NCBI GenBank assembly: GCA_021813905.1
Contig: JAKAJH010000009.1
Span: forward strand, 7,346-71,345
Reading direction: 5' to 3'
From: Bacteroidota bacterium
GTDB taxonomy: Bacteria > Bacteroidota > Ignavibacteria > UBA10030
DNA: 64,000 nt
In this document: one piece after another, positions 28,033 to 37,620 of the stretch
Layout: each line of letters begins with the position of its first letter
How positions within the stretch are numbered: the stretch's first letter is position 1
Position numbers and translations under genes: made by a program
Notes under the pieces: generated by a model
Seen by the model: the letters and a program-made list of their open reading frames with translations, nothing else
What the model was told of the DNA's origin: nothing
Database searches by the model: none

Positions 28033-29070
28033 ATGTCCCGCTCGATGAAATCCTTCGTCCGGAACGCGTTCAGCTTCGTGCTGGCCTTCGCGTTTCTGTA
28101 CTTCGCGTTCCGGGACGTTCATTTCTCCGACCTGTGGTATTCGCTGCGCACGGCCAATTACGGGTGGATCCTTCTGCTGATCCCCGTCAACATCGCGAGT
28201 CACTGGATTCGCGCGGTCCGGTGGCGGTATCTGCTCGCGCCGGTCAAGAGCGGACTCTCCGACCGGAACCTGTTCTCCGGCGTCATGATCGGATACGCTG
28301 TAAACAACGTCCTGCCGCGGGTGGGAGAATTCGTGCGGCCGTACGTGCTCGGACGTCTGGAGAACATCTCCAAGAGCGCCGCGCTCGGCACGGTCGTCAT
28401 CGAACGCATCCTCGACTTCACCAGCTTCTACTTCATCGTGTGCGTGATGATTGCGATCTATCCGCATTCGCTCGACCCGTTCCTGCCGAATACCGCCGCA
28501 GTCGGTCCGCTCTTCCTTCTGGCATCCATGGCGGCACTGGTTGTGTTTGTGCTGATGTTCTTCAAGGCTGAGGCGATGATGCGCTTCCTGACACGCTGGA
28601 AGCACCTCGTTCCGGCGCGCTATCGGGCGACGACGGATCACATCCTCGAATCCTTTGCCACCGGTCTGAACGTCTCGCGCTTGCGGGAGCACTCCGTGGC
28701 GATCCTGTCGCTGAGTCTGGCGATGTGGGGCGTCTATGCGCTGGGCATGTATCTGCCGTTCTTTTCGCTCGACGCGCTGGCGGCGAAGGGATTGCATATG
28801 GGAGACGCGGTGCTTCTTCTGGTGATCTCGTCCATCGCGTGGGTGCTCCCGGCACCGGGAGCCATGGGCACGTACCATTCCTTTGTCACCGTTGTGCTGA
28901 TGCGTCTGTACGGCGTGGACATGACGACGGCGCTGAGTTACTCGATCATTACACATGAGGTCGGCTACATCGTGGTGATGGCGCTGGGGGCGGGATTCTA
29001 TCTGCGGGACAGGGCGAAGATCGGAAATTTCATGATGATGTCCGGGAAAGGAGAAGCATCCTCCACATGA
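28033..29070 (+). CDS. UPF0104 / lysyl-phosphatidylglycerol-synthase-TM-region-like (flippase-like) integral membrane protein
   Basis: About 8 TM helices. Conserved region RAVRWRYLLAPVKSGLSDRNLFSGVMIGYAVNNVLPRVGEFVRPYVL. Start at 28033 or 28045, after the lolA stop. Confidence 0.65.
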   Translation: MSRSMKSFVRNAFSFVLAFAFLYFAFRDVHFSDLWYSLRTANYGWILLLIPVNIASHWIRAVRWRYLLAPVKSGLSDRNLFSGVMIGYAVNNVLPRVGEFVRPYVLGRLENISKSAALGTVVIERILDFTSFYFIVCVMIAIYPHSLDPFLPNTAAVGPLFLLASMAALVVFVLMFFKAEAMMRFLTRWKHLVPARYRATTDHILESFATGLNVSRLREHSVAILSLSLAMWGVYALGMYLPFFSLDALAAKGLHMGDAVLLLVISSIAWVLPAPGAMGTYHSFVTVVLMRLYGVDMTTALSYSIITHEVGYIVVMALGAGFYLRDRAKIGNFMMMSGKGEASST

Positions 29071-31262
29071 AACAGGTTGCGCAGCAGAACAGACGCGGTA
29101 CCGTGAGCGTGATGCGCGTGCCGCCTCCGGCCCTCCGGCCGGGATTCGTGCTCGTGCGGACACGGTGGTCCGTGATCAGTGCGGGGACGGAACGTGCGTC
29201 GGTCTCCTCCCGGCAGAGTTCATTGCTGGATCGCGCGCGCAAGAACCCGGATCTCGTGGCGAAGGTCCTGGAACAGATGCGTCAGTACGGCTTGTCGGCG
29301 ACGATGCGGCGTGTGCGCGGCCGGCTGGAATCATGGAGCGCGATGGGATATTCTTCCGCGGGAACCGTCGTGGCGGTGGGTGACGGCGTGGAAGGAGTGC
29401 GACCGGGTGATGCGGTGGCGTGTGCCGGTGCCGGCTATGCGAGCCATGCGGAATATGTCATTGTTCCGAAGAACCTGTGCGTCCGGATCCCCAAAGGCGT
29501 TGATCTCGCGGATGCCGCCTATGCGCCCATTGGATCCATTGCCCTGCAGGGAGTGCGTCAGGCCGGACCCACACTCGGCGAGACGGTGGTGGTCATCGGT
29601 CTCGGCCTCATCGGGCAGATTACGGTCCAGTTGCTGAAGGCCGATGGATGCCGGGTGGTGGGCGTGGATCCCGACGCCGCCGCGGTTGCGTTGGCGGGAG
29701 AATCGGGCGCCGATCTGGCGCTGCACCGGACCCGCGATGATGTGAAGAAGGTCGTTCAGACGCTGACGGAGGGCCGCGGGGCGGATGCCGTGGTGATCAC
29801 CGCCGCGACGCCCAGCGATGATCCGGTTCGGCTCGCGGGCGAACTGTGCCGTGAGCGGGGACGCGTCGTACTGGTGGGAGATGTGGGATTGCACTTGCCG
29901 CGCGGTCCCTACTACATGAAAGAGCTGGATTTCCGTTTTTCGCGCTCGTACGGTCCCGGTCGCTACGATACGACGTATGAAGAACACGGACATGACTATC
30001 CGGCCGGCTTCGTGCGATGGACGGAAAATCGGAACATGCAGGAGTTTCTGCGGCTCATCAAGTCGGGTCGCGTTGATGTCGCGCGGCTGACCACGCACCG
30101 CTTCACCGTTGACCAGGCGCCGGCGGCGTACGCGCTGCTGGCCGGGAAGAAAGGAGGCGCTCGCGAGCGCTCAGTGGGCGTCCTGCTGGAGTATCCTCCG
30201 GAGCCGTCCACGGAACTGGGATCAGACGCCGTGGTGGCTGTGAGCGCTGCTCCCGCAGCGGATGTGGCGGGTGCGATGTCGGTCGGATTTGTCGGCGCGG
30301 GGAGCTTCGCCCAGAGTTCGCTTCTTCCACCGTTGCAAGGATACAGCGGAGCACGACTGACGACCGTGTGCACGGCCAACGGCATGAGTGCCGCGAATGT
30401 CGCACGCATGTTCGGCTTCGCAAAGGCGACTGCCGATCCGGAAGAGGTGTTTCGCGCCGCAGAGATCGGCACGGTCTTCATCGCCACGCGGCATAACCTG
30501 CACGCGCCGTTCGTGCTCCGCGCGATCGAGCAGGGCAAGCATGTGTTCGTGGAAAAACCGCTCGCCCTCAACGAGTCGGAGCTGCAACAGATCGTCGCGG
30601 CGTTGAGCAAGGCGCGCAAGAAGCAGCCGGTGAAGCTGATGGTGGGATTCAATCGCCGGTTCGCCCCCCTGGTTTCGGAAATGAAGCAGTTCCTCCGTAC
30701 CGCGGTCGGACCCTCCGTCATGAACTACCGCATCAGCGCCGGTTATCTGCCGGCATCGCACTGGACTCGTGATCCCGTCGAAGGAGGAGGACGCATCGTC
30801 GGTGAGGTGTGCCATTTCGTCGATCTGATGCAGTTCCTGTGCGGATCGGCGCCCGTCTCCGTCTTCGCGACGCCGCTGGGAACCGGTGTCGAATCCCCCG
30901 CGGACGATGACTCCGTGATCGCAACGGTGCGGTTTGCCAACGGATCGATCGGCACCATCACGTATGCCGCCAACGGCGACTCGGCGGTCCCGAAAGAGTA
31001 CCTCGAAGTGTTCACCACGGGGAGAAGCGCGGTCCTCAACAACTTCCGGACACTTACGCTGTATCAGCAGGGCAGGAGCCGGACGCTGAAGAAGGCCACT
31101 ATCGACAAAGGGCACCGCGAAGAAGTCAACCGGTTCCTTTCCGCTGTGCAGAGCGGCGGAGAAGCGCCGATCCCCTTCGCGGAGATCGTCGCCGCCACAC
31201 GGGCGACCTTCCGGATGCAGGAATCGCTCCGACTTTCCGTGCCGCGAGAGGTGACGCCGTGA
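29067..31262 (+). CDS. Two-domain oxidoreductase: zinc-type alcohol dehydrogenase (MDR)-like N-terminus fused to a Gfo/Idh/MocA NAD(P)-binding C-terminus
   Basis: N-terminus has the MDR fold with GLGLIGQ Rossmann motif. C-terminus has FVGAGSFAQ and EKPLAL (Gfo/Idh/MocA). ATGA overlap with the upstream gene and GTGA overlap with the downstream gene. Confidence 0.75.
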   Translation: MKQVAQQNRRGTVSVMRVPPPALRPGFVLVRTRWSVISAGTERASVSSRQSSLLDRARKNPDLVAKVLEQMRQYGLSATMRRVRGRLESWSAMGYSSAGTVVAVGDGVEGVRPGDAVACAGAGYASHAEYVIVPKNLCVRIPKGVDLADAAYAPIGSIALQGVRQAGPTLGETVVVIGLGLIGQITVQLLKADGCRVVGVDPDAAAVALAGESGADLALHRTRDDVKKVVQTLTEGRGADAVVITAATPSDDPVRLAGELCRERGRVVLVGDVGLHLPRGPYYMKELDFRFSRSYGPGRYDTTYEEHGHDYPAGFVRWTENRNMQEFLRLIKSGRVDVARLTTHRFTVDQAPAAYALLAGKKGGARERSVGVLLEYPPEPSTELGSDAVVAVSAAPAADVAGAMSVGFVGAGSFAQSSLLPPLQGYSGARLTTVCTANGMSAANVARMFGFAKATADPEEVFRAAEIGTVFIATRHNLHAPFVLRAIEQGKHVFVEKPLALNESELQQIVAALSKARKKQPVKLMVGFNRRFAPLVSEMKQFLRTAVGPSVMNYRISAGYLPASHWTRDPVEGGGRIVGEVCHFVDLMQFLCGSAPVSVFATPLGTGVESPADDDSVIATVRFANGSIGTITYAANGDSAVPKEYLEVFTTGRSAVLNNFRTLTLYQQGRSRTLKKATIDKGHREEVNRFLSAVQSGGEAPIPFAEIVAATRATFRMQESLRLSVPREVTP

Positions 31263-31954
31263 GCGGTCGTTCGCGTCTCTTGCCGCTGCTCATCATCGGC
31301 CTCGCGATCGCATGGCTGACTCCGGAACGGCTTTCCGCGCAGGATCAGACGACGGCGGCAGATTCGCGGGTCGTGCAAATCTCTGCGGGGATGGGAATCG
31401 ACGGCGTTCGCGCAAAATCCATGACAGACTGGATGACCGAGGAAGCGAAACCGGCCGATCAGCTGGGATTATTCGCGACGGCGATCGAGTTCTTCGTGAC
31501 GCCGGAGGTTCAGGTCGGCGAAAACTGGTCGATCGGCGTGGATTACAGTTATCTGTTCAGTTCACGGACCATCGATGGCTCCACCGGACGATGGACGTTC
31601 GCGTATCAGGCGCATCTTCCCATCGCACAAGTGCATTATCTCCTGCGGGGAACGGGGTACTGGCTGAAGGCCGGAGGCGGGATCGGCTATTGGTGGGCGA
31701 ATCTGCAGGAGCAGTACGTCACGCTCGGCTCGGAGCGTGACGGTACCGCGTCGGGTCCCGGTCTGAAGCTCGACGTCGTGGCGAACACGGCGTTTGACGA
31801 TCATTTGTTCGGGTCGATCGGCGTGGAATTCCGCGCCGGGGTGCTCGGCACCTTCAAAGACCGGAATGGCTCTGCGATCCAGTCGCTCGGCAGCGACGTC
31901 AATCTCAATTTCATCTCCGCCGGGGTCAAGTTCGGGTTGATGTACCAGTTCTGA
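31259..31954 (+). CDS. Small outer-membrane beta-barrel protein
   Basis: Signal peptide (LLPLLIIGLAIAWLTPERLSAQ), alternating amphipathic beta-strands, and a C-terminal aromatic residue (GLMYQF). Confidence 0.6.
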   Translation: MSGRSRLLPLLIIGLAIAWLTPERLSAQDQTTAADSRVVQISAGMGIDGVRAKSMTDWMTEEAKPADQLGLFATAIEFFVTPEVQVGENWSIGVDYSYLFSSRTIDGSTGRWTFAYQAHLPIAQVHYLLRGTGYWLKAGGGIGYWWANLQEQYVTLGSERDGTASGPGLKLDVVANTAFDDHLFGSIGVEFRAGVLGTFKDRNGSAIQSLGSDVNLNFISAGVKFGLMYQF

Positions 31955-31988
31955 CCGATGTGCGTGAAGTTCTCAAGGACAACGACGC

Positions 31989-32798
31989 GTGACGATACTC
32001 GATGCGGTGTGGCTTTCGATTCTGCAGGGATTCACGGAATTTCTTCCCGTCAGCAGTTCGGGACATCTCGTGCTGTTGCAGCAGCTTCTGGGAACGGCCG
32101 GTCCCGGCATGGTTTTCTTCGATGTCGCGCTGCATGTCGGGACGCTGATCAGTCTGCTGGTGGTCTTCTGGAAGGATGTGGTGGGGATGATCCGCAGCCT
32201 CGCGCGAGCGATCGTGCGCGGCCATGTGGTGACTTCGTATCGGACTGATGAGGCGGTGCGAACGGCGATCATGGTGATTGTGGCCTCCGTGCCGGCCGGC
32301 GTCGTCGGTTTCGTCTATCAGAAACAGATCGAGGAAGCGTTCACCGACCCGAAACTGGTCGCGGTCAATCTGGTGATCACCGGCCTGGTGCTCTTTTTGA
32401 CGCGTCTGGCGAAGCCGGTCGTGGGAAAAGAGGTCGGTTTCTGGACGGCGCTGCTGATCGGCGTGGGGCAGGCGTTCGCGATCCTGCCGGGAATTTCACG
32501 GTCGGGTACCACCATCAGCGCCGGCATGTATGCAAAGTTGACGCCGGACCGTGCGGCGCGGTTCTCGTTCCTGATGGCCATGCCGGTCATCGCGGGTGCG
32601 GGCCTGCTGGAGTTCAGGCACATGGCGGGAGCCTCCGATCCGATCCCGCTGATCCCCACGCTGATCGGGACGACCGTGTCGGCGGTGGTCGGCTATTTCG
32701 CCATCAAGCTGCTGCTCGGGATCGTACACCGCGGAAAGTTCAGTCTGTTCGCGTTCTACTGCCTGCTGCTCGGGACGACGGGCATCCTGTTTATCTGA
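31989..32798 (+). CDS. uppP: Undecaprenyl-diphosphate phosphatase
   Basis: FLPVSSSGHL and PGISRSG motifs. Multi-TM. Confidence 0.93.
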   Translation: MTILDAVWLSILQGFTEFLPVSSSGHLVLLQQLLGTAGPGMVFFDVALHVGTLISLLVVFWKDVVGMIRSLARAIVRGHVVTSYRTDEAVRTAIMVIVASVPAGVVGFVYQKQIEEAFTDPKLVAVNLVITGLVLFLTRLAKPVVGKEVGFWTALLIGVGQAFAILPGISRSGTTISAGMYAKLTPDRAARFSFLMAMPVIAGAGLLEFRHMAGASDPIPLIPTLIGTTVSAVVGYFAIKLLLGIVHRGKFSLFAFYCLLLGTTGILFI

Positions 32799-32811
32799 TC
32801 GAAGGGACGAC

Positions 32812-33390
32812 ATGAGACGGTTCACGATGTGGTTGCTGACGGGCGCGATGCTGATCGTGTCCGGGGTCAATTGCCAGAACACGAGGAGAGACACAGTGCA
32901 CGTTCAGATCGAAACCACCAAAGGTACGTTCGAAGTCGAGCTGTACCCGGATGATGCCCCAAAGACTGTCGCGAATTTTGTCGGCCTCGCCGAGGAAGGA
33001 TACTACAACGGTGTACTCTTCCACCGGATCGCGAAGAACTTCGTCCTGCAGGGCGGGGATTCCACCGGGACCGGTGCGGGCGGACGCAGCATCTACGGCG
33101 GTGATTTCGCCGACGAACTCAATCCCAAGGCGCCGTCGTACCAGACCGGCTATGTGCGGGGAACGCTGGCGATGGCGAATCGCGGTCCGAACACGAACAC
33201 CAGCCAGTTCTTCATCGTCCTCAACGATGCGCAATACCTCCCGAAACATTACACGATCTTCGGCAAGGTCGTGAAGGCGATGGATGTGGTGGATTCGCTG
33301 GCCGCCGTGCCGATCACTCCGATGATGGGGCCGATGGACGGCACGCCGAAGGAAAAGATCAAGATGATCAAGCTCACGGTGATCAAGTAG
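32812..33390 (+). CDS. ppiB: Cyclophilin-type peptidyl-prolyl cis-trans isomerase, secreted
   Basis: FHRIAKNFVLQGGD...GTGAGGRSIYG...FFIV. N-terminal signal peptide. Confidence 0.9.
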   Translation: MRRFTMWLLTGAMLIVSGVNCQNTRRDTVHVQIETTKGTFEVELYPDDAPKTVANFVGLAEEGYYNGVLFHRIAKNFVLQGGDSTGTGAGGRSIYGGDFADELNPKAPSYQTGYVRGTLAMANRGPNTNTSQFFIVLNDAQYLPKHYTIFGKVVKAMDVVDSLAAVPITPMMGPMDGTPKEKIKMIKLTVIK

Positions 33391-33401
33391 TCACCGTCCG
33401 C

Positions 33402-34436
33402 ATGGACGATCTTCCCTACACGTCGTTCCTGGAGCACGTCCGGAAGAAGAAGATCCCGCCCGTCGTCCTTATTCACGGAGAGGAGGATCTTCTCCGCGAT
33501 GAGTGTGTCGATGCGATCGTGGACGCGCTCCTTGATAAGGCGGCGCGGAGCTTCAATCTCGATATCCTCGACGGCGCCCGAACGGAGATCCGCGATGTGC
33601 TTTCGATCGCCGCGTCCTACCCGATGGGCACTGAGCGCCGCGTGGTCGTCGTGCGCGACGCGGAGAAGCTGCTTGCGGATCGCGGGGCGGCGGAACGGCT
33701 CGACGCCTATCTGCAGCATCCGTCCGAATCAACCTGCCTCATCCTTACCGCAGAGAAGGCGGACGGCCGCCAGAAGTTCATCAAATCCCTCCGCGAGACG
33801 AATGCCGCAGTGCTCGTTCCGCGCCTGTACGAGAATCAGATCCCGGAATGGATCGCCGCACGCATCCGCGCGTACGGCCGAACGATGGAAGACGATGCGT
33901 GCCGTCTGCTGCAGGCATACGTCGGCAGCTCGCTGCGGGTGGTGGACCAGGAGATCCGTAAACTGCTGCTGTTCGTAGGGGATCGCAAAGAGATTGTGCT
34001 GGAAGATGTCGCCGCCGTGGCGGGCGCCTCGCGCGGCTACACGATCTTCGATCTGCAGGGTGCCGTCGGCCGGCGGAATCTTCCGGAAGCGCTCCGCATC
34101 CTCGCGCGCATGCTGGAGATGGGCGAATATCCCTTGTTGATCGTGACGATGCTGGCGCGCTTCTTCGTCTCACTCTGGAAGGTGCATGAACTCAAGCGTG
34201 CCCGGGCGAGCGAGCAGCAGATTGCATCCGAGCTGCGGATGAAGCCGTTCTTCGTGAAACAGACAATCCGGTTTGCGGCGGAGTTTACACCGGCGGAGAT
34301 CGAGCGCGCGCTTGCCGCGTTGTACGAAGCGGACCTCCAGCTGAAATCGTCGGCCGTCGACCCGCGCGTGGGCCTCGATGTGCTCATCTACACCATCACC
34401 TCCACGGGTGCGGCAGTGCCGGTGCCGCAGCACTGA
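33402..34436 (+). CDS. holA: DNA polymerase III delta subunit
   Basis: Length and N-terminal clamp-loader delta fold pattern (VVLIHGEEDLLRDE...VVVVRDAEKL). Weaker similarity across the C-terminus. Confidence 0.7.
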   Translation: MDDLPYTSFLEHVRKKKIPPVVLIHGEEDLLRDECVDAIVDALLDKAARSFNLDILDGARTEIRDVLSIAASYPMGTERRVVVVRDAEKLLADRGAAERLDAYLQHPSESTCLILTAEKADGRQKFIKSLRETNAAVLVPRLYENQIPEWIAARIRAYGRTMEDDACRLLQAYVGSSLRVVDQEIRKLLLFVGDRKEIVLEDVAAVAGASRGYTIFDLQGAVGRRNLPEALRILARMLEMGEYPLLIVTMLARFFVSLWKVHELKRARASEQQIASELRMKPFFVKQTIRFAAEFTPAEIERALAALYEADLQLKSSAVDPRVGLDVLIYTITSTGAAVPVPQH

Positions 34437-34447
34437 TCGCCGACCAC

Positions 34448-35947
34448 ATGCCCGTCGCCGAGCTCCTGCATCGACTGTTGCTGACACCGGCCGCGTGGGA
34501 ATGGGGCCGCTTTGCGTTGATTCTGACGGGACTGGGAACGGTCGTCGGGATCGGTGAGTTCATTCGGCGGAAGCTCGGCTGGAAGGCGGAGGTCACGCGC
34601 AAGTTCGTGCACGTCAGCGTCGGGCTTCTGATCTTCTTCGCACCGTCGCTCTTCGAGGTGGCGTTCCTTCCGATGCTCCTCGCCGGTACGTTCATTCTGG
34701 TCGACCTTGTCGCGGTGCGCAAGGGACTCCTCGTGGGCATGCACGGAACGGCGCGGTATTCCTACGGGACCGTGTACTATCCGTTCTCTTTCCTTGTTCT
34801 GATCATCTTCTTTTGGTACGACGCTCCCGAGATTGTCTCGCTTGGCATGGCGAGTCTTGCGCTGGGTGATGCTGCCGCCGCCATTGTCGGCGAATCGCTC
34901 CATGCGCCGCACGAGTACCATCTGACGCGAGACAAGAAGTCGCTGGAAGGAAGCGCGGCGATGTTCGTCGTCACCGCCGTGACGCTTGCCGGCGCGATGG
35001 CGCTATTGGGCTTGCCGCCGCGTCTCGGGTGGCCGTCGGTTCTGACGGCGTCGCTGGCGGCGTCCGTGGTGGCGACGGCCTGGGAGGCGATCTCTTCCAA
35101 AGGGCTCGATAATTTCACAGTGCCGCTTTCGGTTGCGTGGGCGCTGTCGTTCTTCCTTCTGCCCGGTGGTGATGCAGTGCAACTGGAATGGGGGATCGTG
35201 CTGGCGATTCTCATCAGCATCGCGTCGTGGCGGCTCAAATTTCTGACGCCGAGCGGCGCGGTCGCGACATTTCTTCTCGCATCGGCCATGTTCAGCGTCG
35301 GCGGTTGGAAGTGGACGGTGCCGATCCTGACGTTCTTTGTGCTGTCGAGCCTCCTTTCGGTGATGGGGAAAGAGCGCAAACGGTCGTTCGAGGCGATCTT
35401 CGAGAAAGGCGGTACGCGAGACCATCTGCAGGTGGCCGCCAACGGCGGGATTCCGGGAGTTCTGGTGCTGCTCCATTACCTGCTGCCTTCGATGGATCTG
35501 TATCCCCTCTATGTCGGTGCGTTGGCGGCAGCGACCGCCGACACGTGGGGAACAGAAATCGGGACATTCGTTCGCGGTCGGACAATCGTTCTGCCGGCCT
35601 TCCGTCCGGTGCCGCCGGGTACGAACGGCGGGATCTCGGGGGCCGGATTCCTGGGCGGTCTTGCGGGTGCGATGGTCATTGCGCTGAGTGCGAGCGGATG
35701 GCCGGGAGATCCGTTCCCGACAGGCGCGGTGGCGGCAGCGGGCGTCATCGGCGCTTTGGCGGACAGCATGCTTGGTTCGTCGATTCAGGCGCGGTTCGAA
35801 TGCGTCGTATGCGGCAAATCGACGGAGCGGGCCGTCCATTGTGAGCGGGAAAGCCGGCAAATCGGGGGTATCGGCTGGATACGGAATGATGCGGTGAACG
35901 CTTTTTGCACGTTGACCGGCGCGATCGCCGTGCTGATCATACGGTAG
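34448..35947 (+). CDS. Membrane fusion protein: CTP-dependent polyprenol (dolichol/phytol)-kinase-like domain plus DUF92/TMEM19-like domain
   Basis: N-terminal half resembles the CdsA/dolichol-kinase family (KFVHVSVGLLIFF...LGDAAAAIVG). C-terminal half carries the DUF92-type motif AAATADTWGTEIG and GGISGAGFLGG. A CxxC...HC patch lies near the end. Confidence 0.55.
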   Translation: MPVAELLHRLLLTPAAWEWGRFALILTGLGTVVGIGEFIRRKLGWKAEVTRKFVHVSVGLLIFFAPSLFEVAFLPMLLAGTFILVDLVAVRKGLLVGMHGTARYSYGTVYYPFSFLVLIIFFWYDAPEIVSLGMASLALGDAAAAIVGESLHAPHEYHLTRDKKSLEGSAAMFVVTAVTLAGAMALLGLPPRLGWPSVLTASLAASVVATAWEAISSKGLDNFTVPLSVAWALSFFLLPGGDAVQLEWGIVLAILISIASWRLKFLTPSGAVATFLLASAMFSVGGWKWTVPILTFFVLSSLLSVMGKERKRSFEAIFEKGGTRDHLQVAANGGIPGVLVLLHYLLPSMDLYPLYVGALAAATADTWGTEIGTFVRGRTIVLPAFRPVPPGTNGGISGAGFLGGLAGAMVIALSASGWPGDPFPTGAVAAAGVIGALADSMLGSSIQARFECVVCGKSTERAVHCERESRQIGGIGWIRNDAVNAFCTLTGAIAVLIIR

Positions 35948-35997
35948 AGCAGTGAACGATACGGGCTCCGGGTCCGTCCCGGCAGGAGGAACGAGCG

Positions 35998-37545
35998 ATG
36001 AGCACAGACCGGATACGCCATCTGCGTCAGCAGCGTGAGAAGGCCCTGGAGGGGGGCGGCAGCGCGAAGCTCGCAGACGTGCACAAGCGCGGGAAGTTGT
36101 CGGCGCGTGAACGCATCGCGCTGCTGTTGGACGAGGGGAGCTTCGAGGAGATCGGCATGCTTGTCCGGCATCGCTCCCGCGATTTCGGACTCGAGAAGCA
36201 GCACTATCCGGGAGACGGGGTCGTCACCGGCCGCGGCACGATCAACGGCCGGGCGGTCGTGGTGTACAGTCAGGACTTCACCGTGTTCGGCGGGTCATTG
36301 TCCGAAACGCATGCGGAGAAGATCTGTGCGATCATGGACCATGCATTGAAGAACGGCGTGCCGATCATCGGCCTCAACGATTCCGGCGGGGCCCGGATTC
36401 AGGAAGGCGTGGTGTCGCTCGGCGGTTATGCCGACATTTTTCTGCGGAACACGCTGGCGTCCGGTGTCGTGCCGCAGATCTCGGCCGTCATGGGCCCGTG
36501 TGCGGGCGGGGCGGTCTATTCACCGGCCATCACGGATTTTGTGTTCATGGTGAAGGATACGAGCTACATGTTCGTCACCGGACCGAACGTGGTCAAGACG
36601 GTGACGCACGAGGACGTCTCGTTCGAGGATCTTGGCGGAGCGCTGACGCATGCCACCAAGAGCGGCGTGGCCCATTTTGCCATGGAGAACGAGGTCGCCT
36701 GCATCGACGGCATCAAGCGTCTGCTGTCGTTCATTCCCTCCAATAACGCCGACGATCCGCCGCTGATCGAATCGGACGATGATGCCGGACGGGTGGACGC
36801 GGATCTCGATACGCTTATCCCCGAGAATCCCAACCGTCCGTATGACATGAAGGAAGTGATCCGACGTCTGGTGGATCACGGGGATTTCTTTGAGGTCCAT
36901 GAGCTGTACGCGCCGAATCTCATCGTCGGATTCGCCCGTCTCGGCGGCGCGCCGGTGGGGATTGTGGCGAACCAGCCATCGGTCCTGGCGGGCGTGTTGG
37001 ACATTGACTCGTCGGTGAAGGGCGCGCGCTTCGTGCGCTTCTGCGACGCGTTCAATATTCCGCTGCTCGTCCTGGAAGATGTCCCGGGATTCCTCCCGGG
37101 TACCGATCAGGAGTGGCGGGGCATCATCAAGCATGGTGCGAAGCTGCTGTACGCGCTGTGTGAGGCAACAGTGCCGAAGATCACCGTCATCACGCGCAAA
37201 GCATACGGCGGAGCGTACTGCGTGATGAATTCGAAGCACATTCGCGGCGACGTGAACTACGCGTGGCCGTCCGCCGAGATCGCCGTCATGGGACCGAAGG
37301 GTGCGGTCGAGATCATCTTCCGGAAAGAGATCGCGCAATCCGGCGATCCGGAGGGAGCGCTGCGCGAACGCGAAGCGGAATACGGCGCCAAGTTCGCGAA
37401 TCCCTACATCGCGGCCGAGCGCGGCTTCGTCGATGAAGTGATCATTCCGCACGAAACCCGACCCAAGCTCATCCGCGCGCTGCGATTTCTCCGGAACAAA
37501 GTCGACACCAATCCGAAAAAGAAGCACGGCAACATCCCGCTTTGA
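35998..37545 (+). CDS. pccB: Acyl-CoA carboxylase carboxyltransferase subunit (propionyl-CoA carboxylase beta / methylmalonyl-CoA decarboxylase alpha type)
   Basis: Hallmark motifs [37 protein letters not shown] and [12 protein letters not shown]. Confidence 0.92.
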   Translation: MSTDRIRHLRQQREKALEGGGSAKLADVHKRGKLSARERIALLLDEGSFEEIGMLVRHRSRDFGLEKQHYPGDGVVTGRGTINGRAVVVYSQDFTVFGGSLSETHAEKICAIMDHALKNGVPIIGLNDSGGARIQEGVVSLGGYADIFLRNTLASGVVPQISAVMGPCAGGAVYSPAITDFVFMVKDTSYMFVTGPNVVKTVTHEDVSFEDLGGALTHATKSGVAHFAMENEVACIDGIKRLLSFIPSNNADDPPLIESDDDAGRVDADLDTLIPENPNRPYDMKEVIRRLVDHGDFFEVHELYAPNLIVGFARLGGAPVGIVANQPSVLAGVLDIDSSVKGARFVRFCDAFNIPLLVLEDVPGFLPGTDQEWRGIIKHGAKLLYALCEATVPKITVITRKAYGGAYCVMNSKHIRGDVNYAWPSAEIAVMGPKGAVEIIFRKEIAQSGDPEGALREREAEYGAKFANPYIAAERGFVDEVIIPHETRPKLIRALRFLRNKVDTNPKKKHGNIPL

Positions 37546-37620
37546 CGCGGGGAACTTGCATCCCGACCGGAATGGCCGTATCTTGAGTTTAGAAGAATTA
37601 TTTGCCACTCCCGGAAATTC

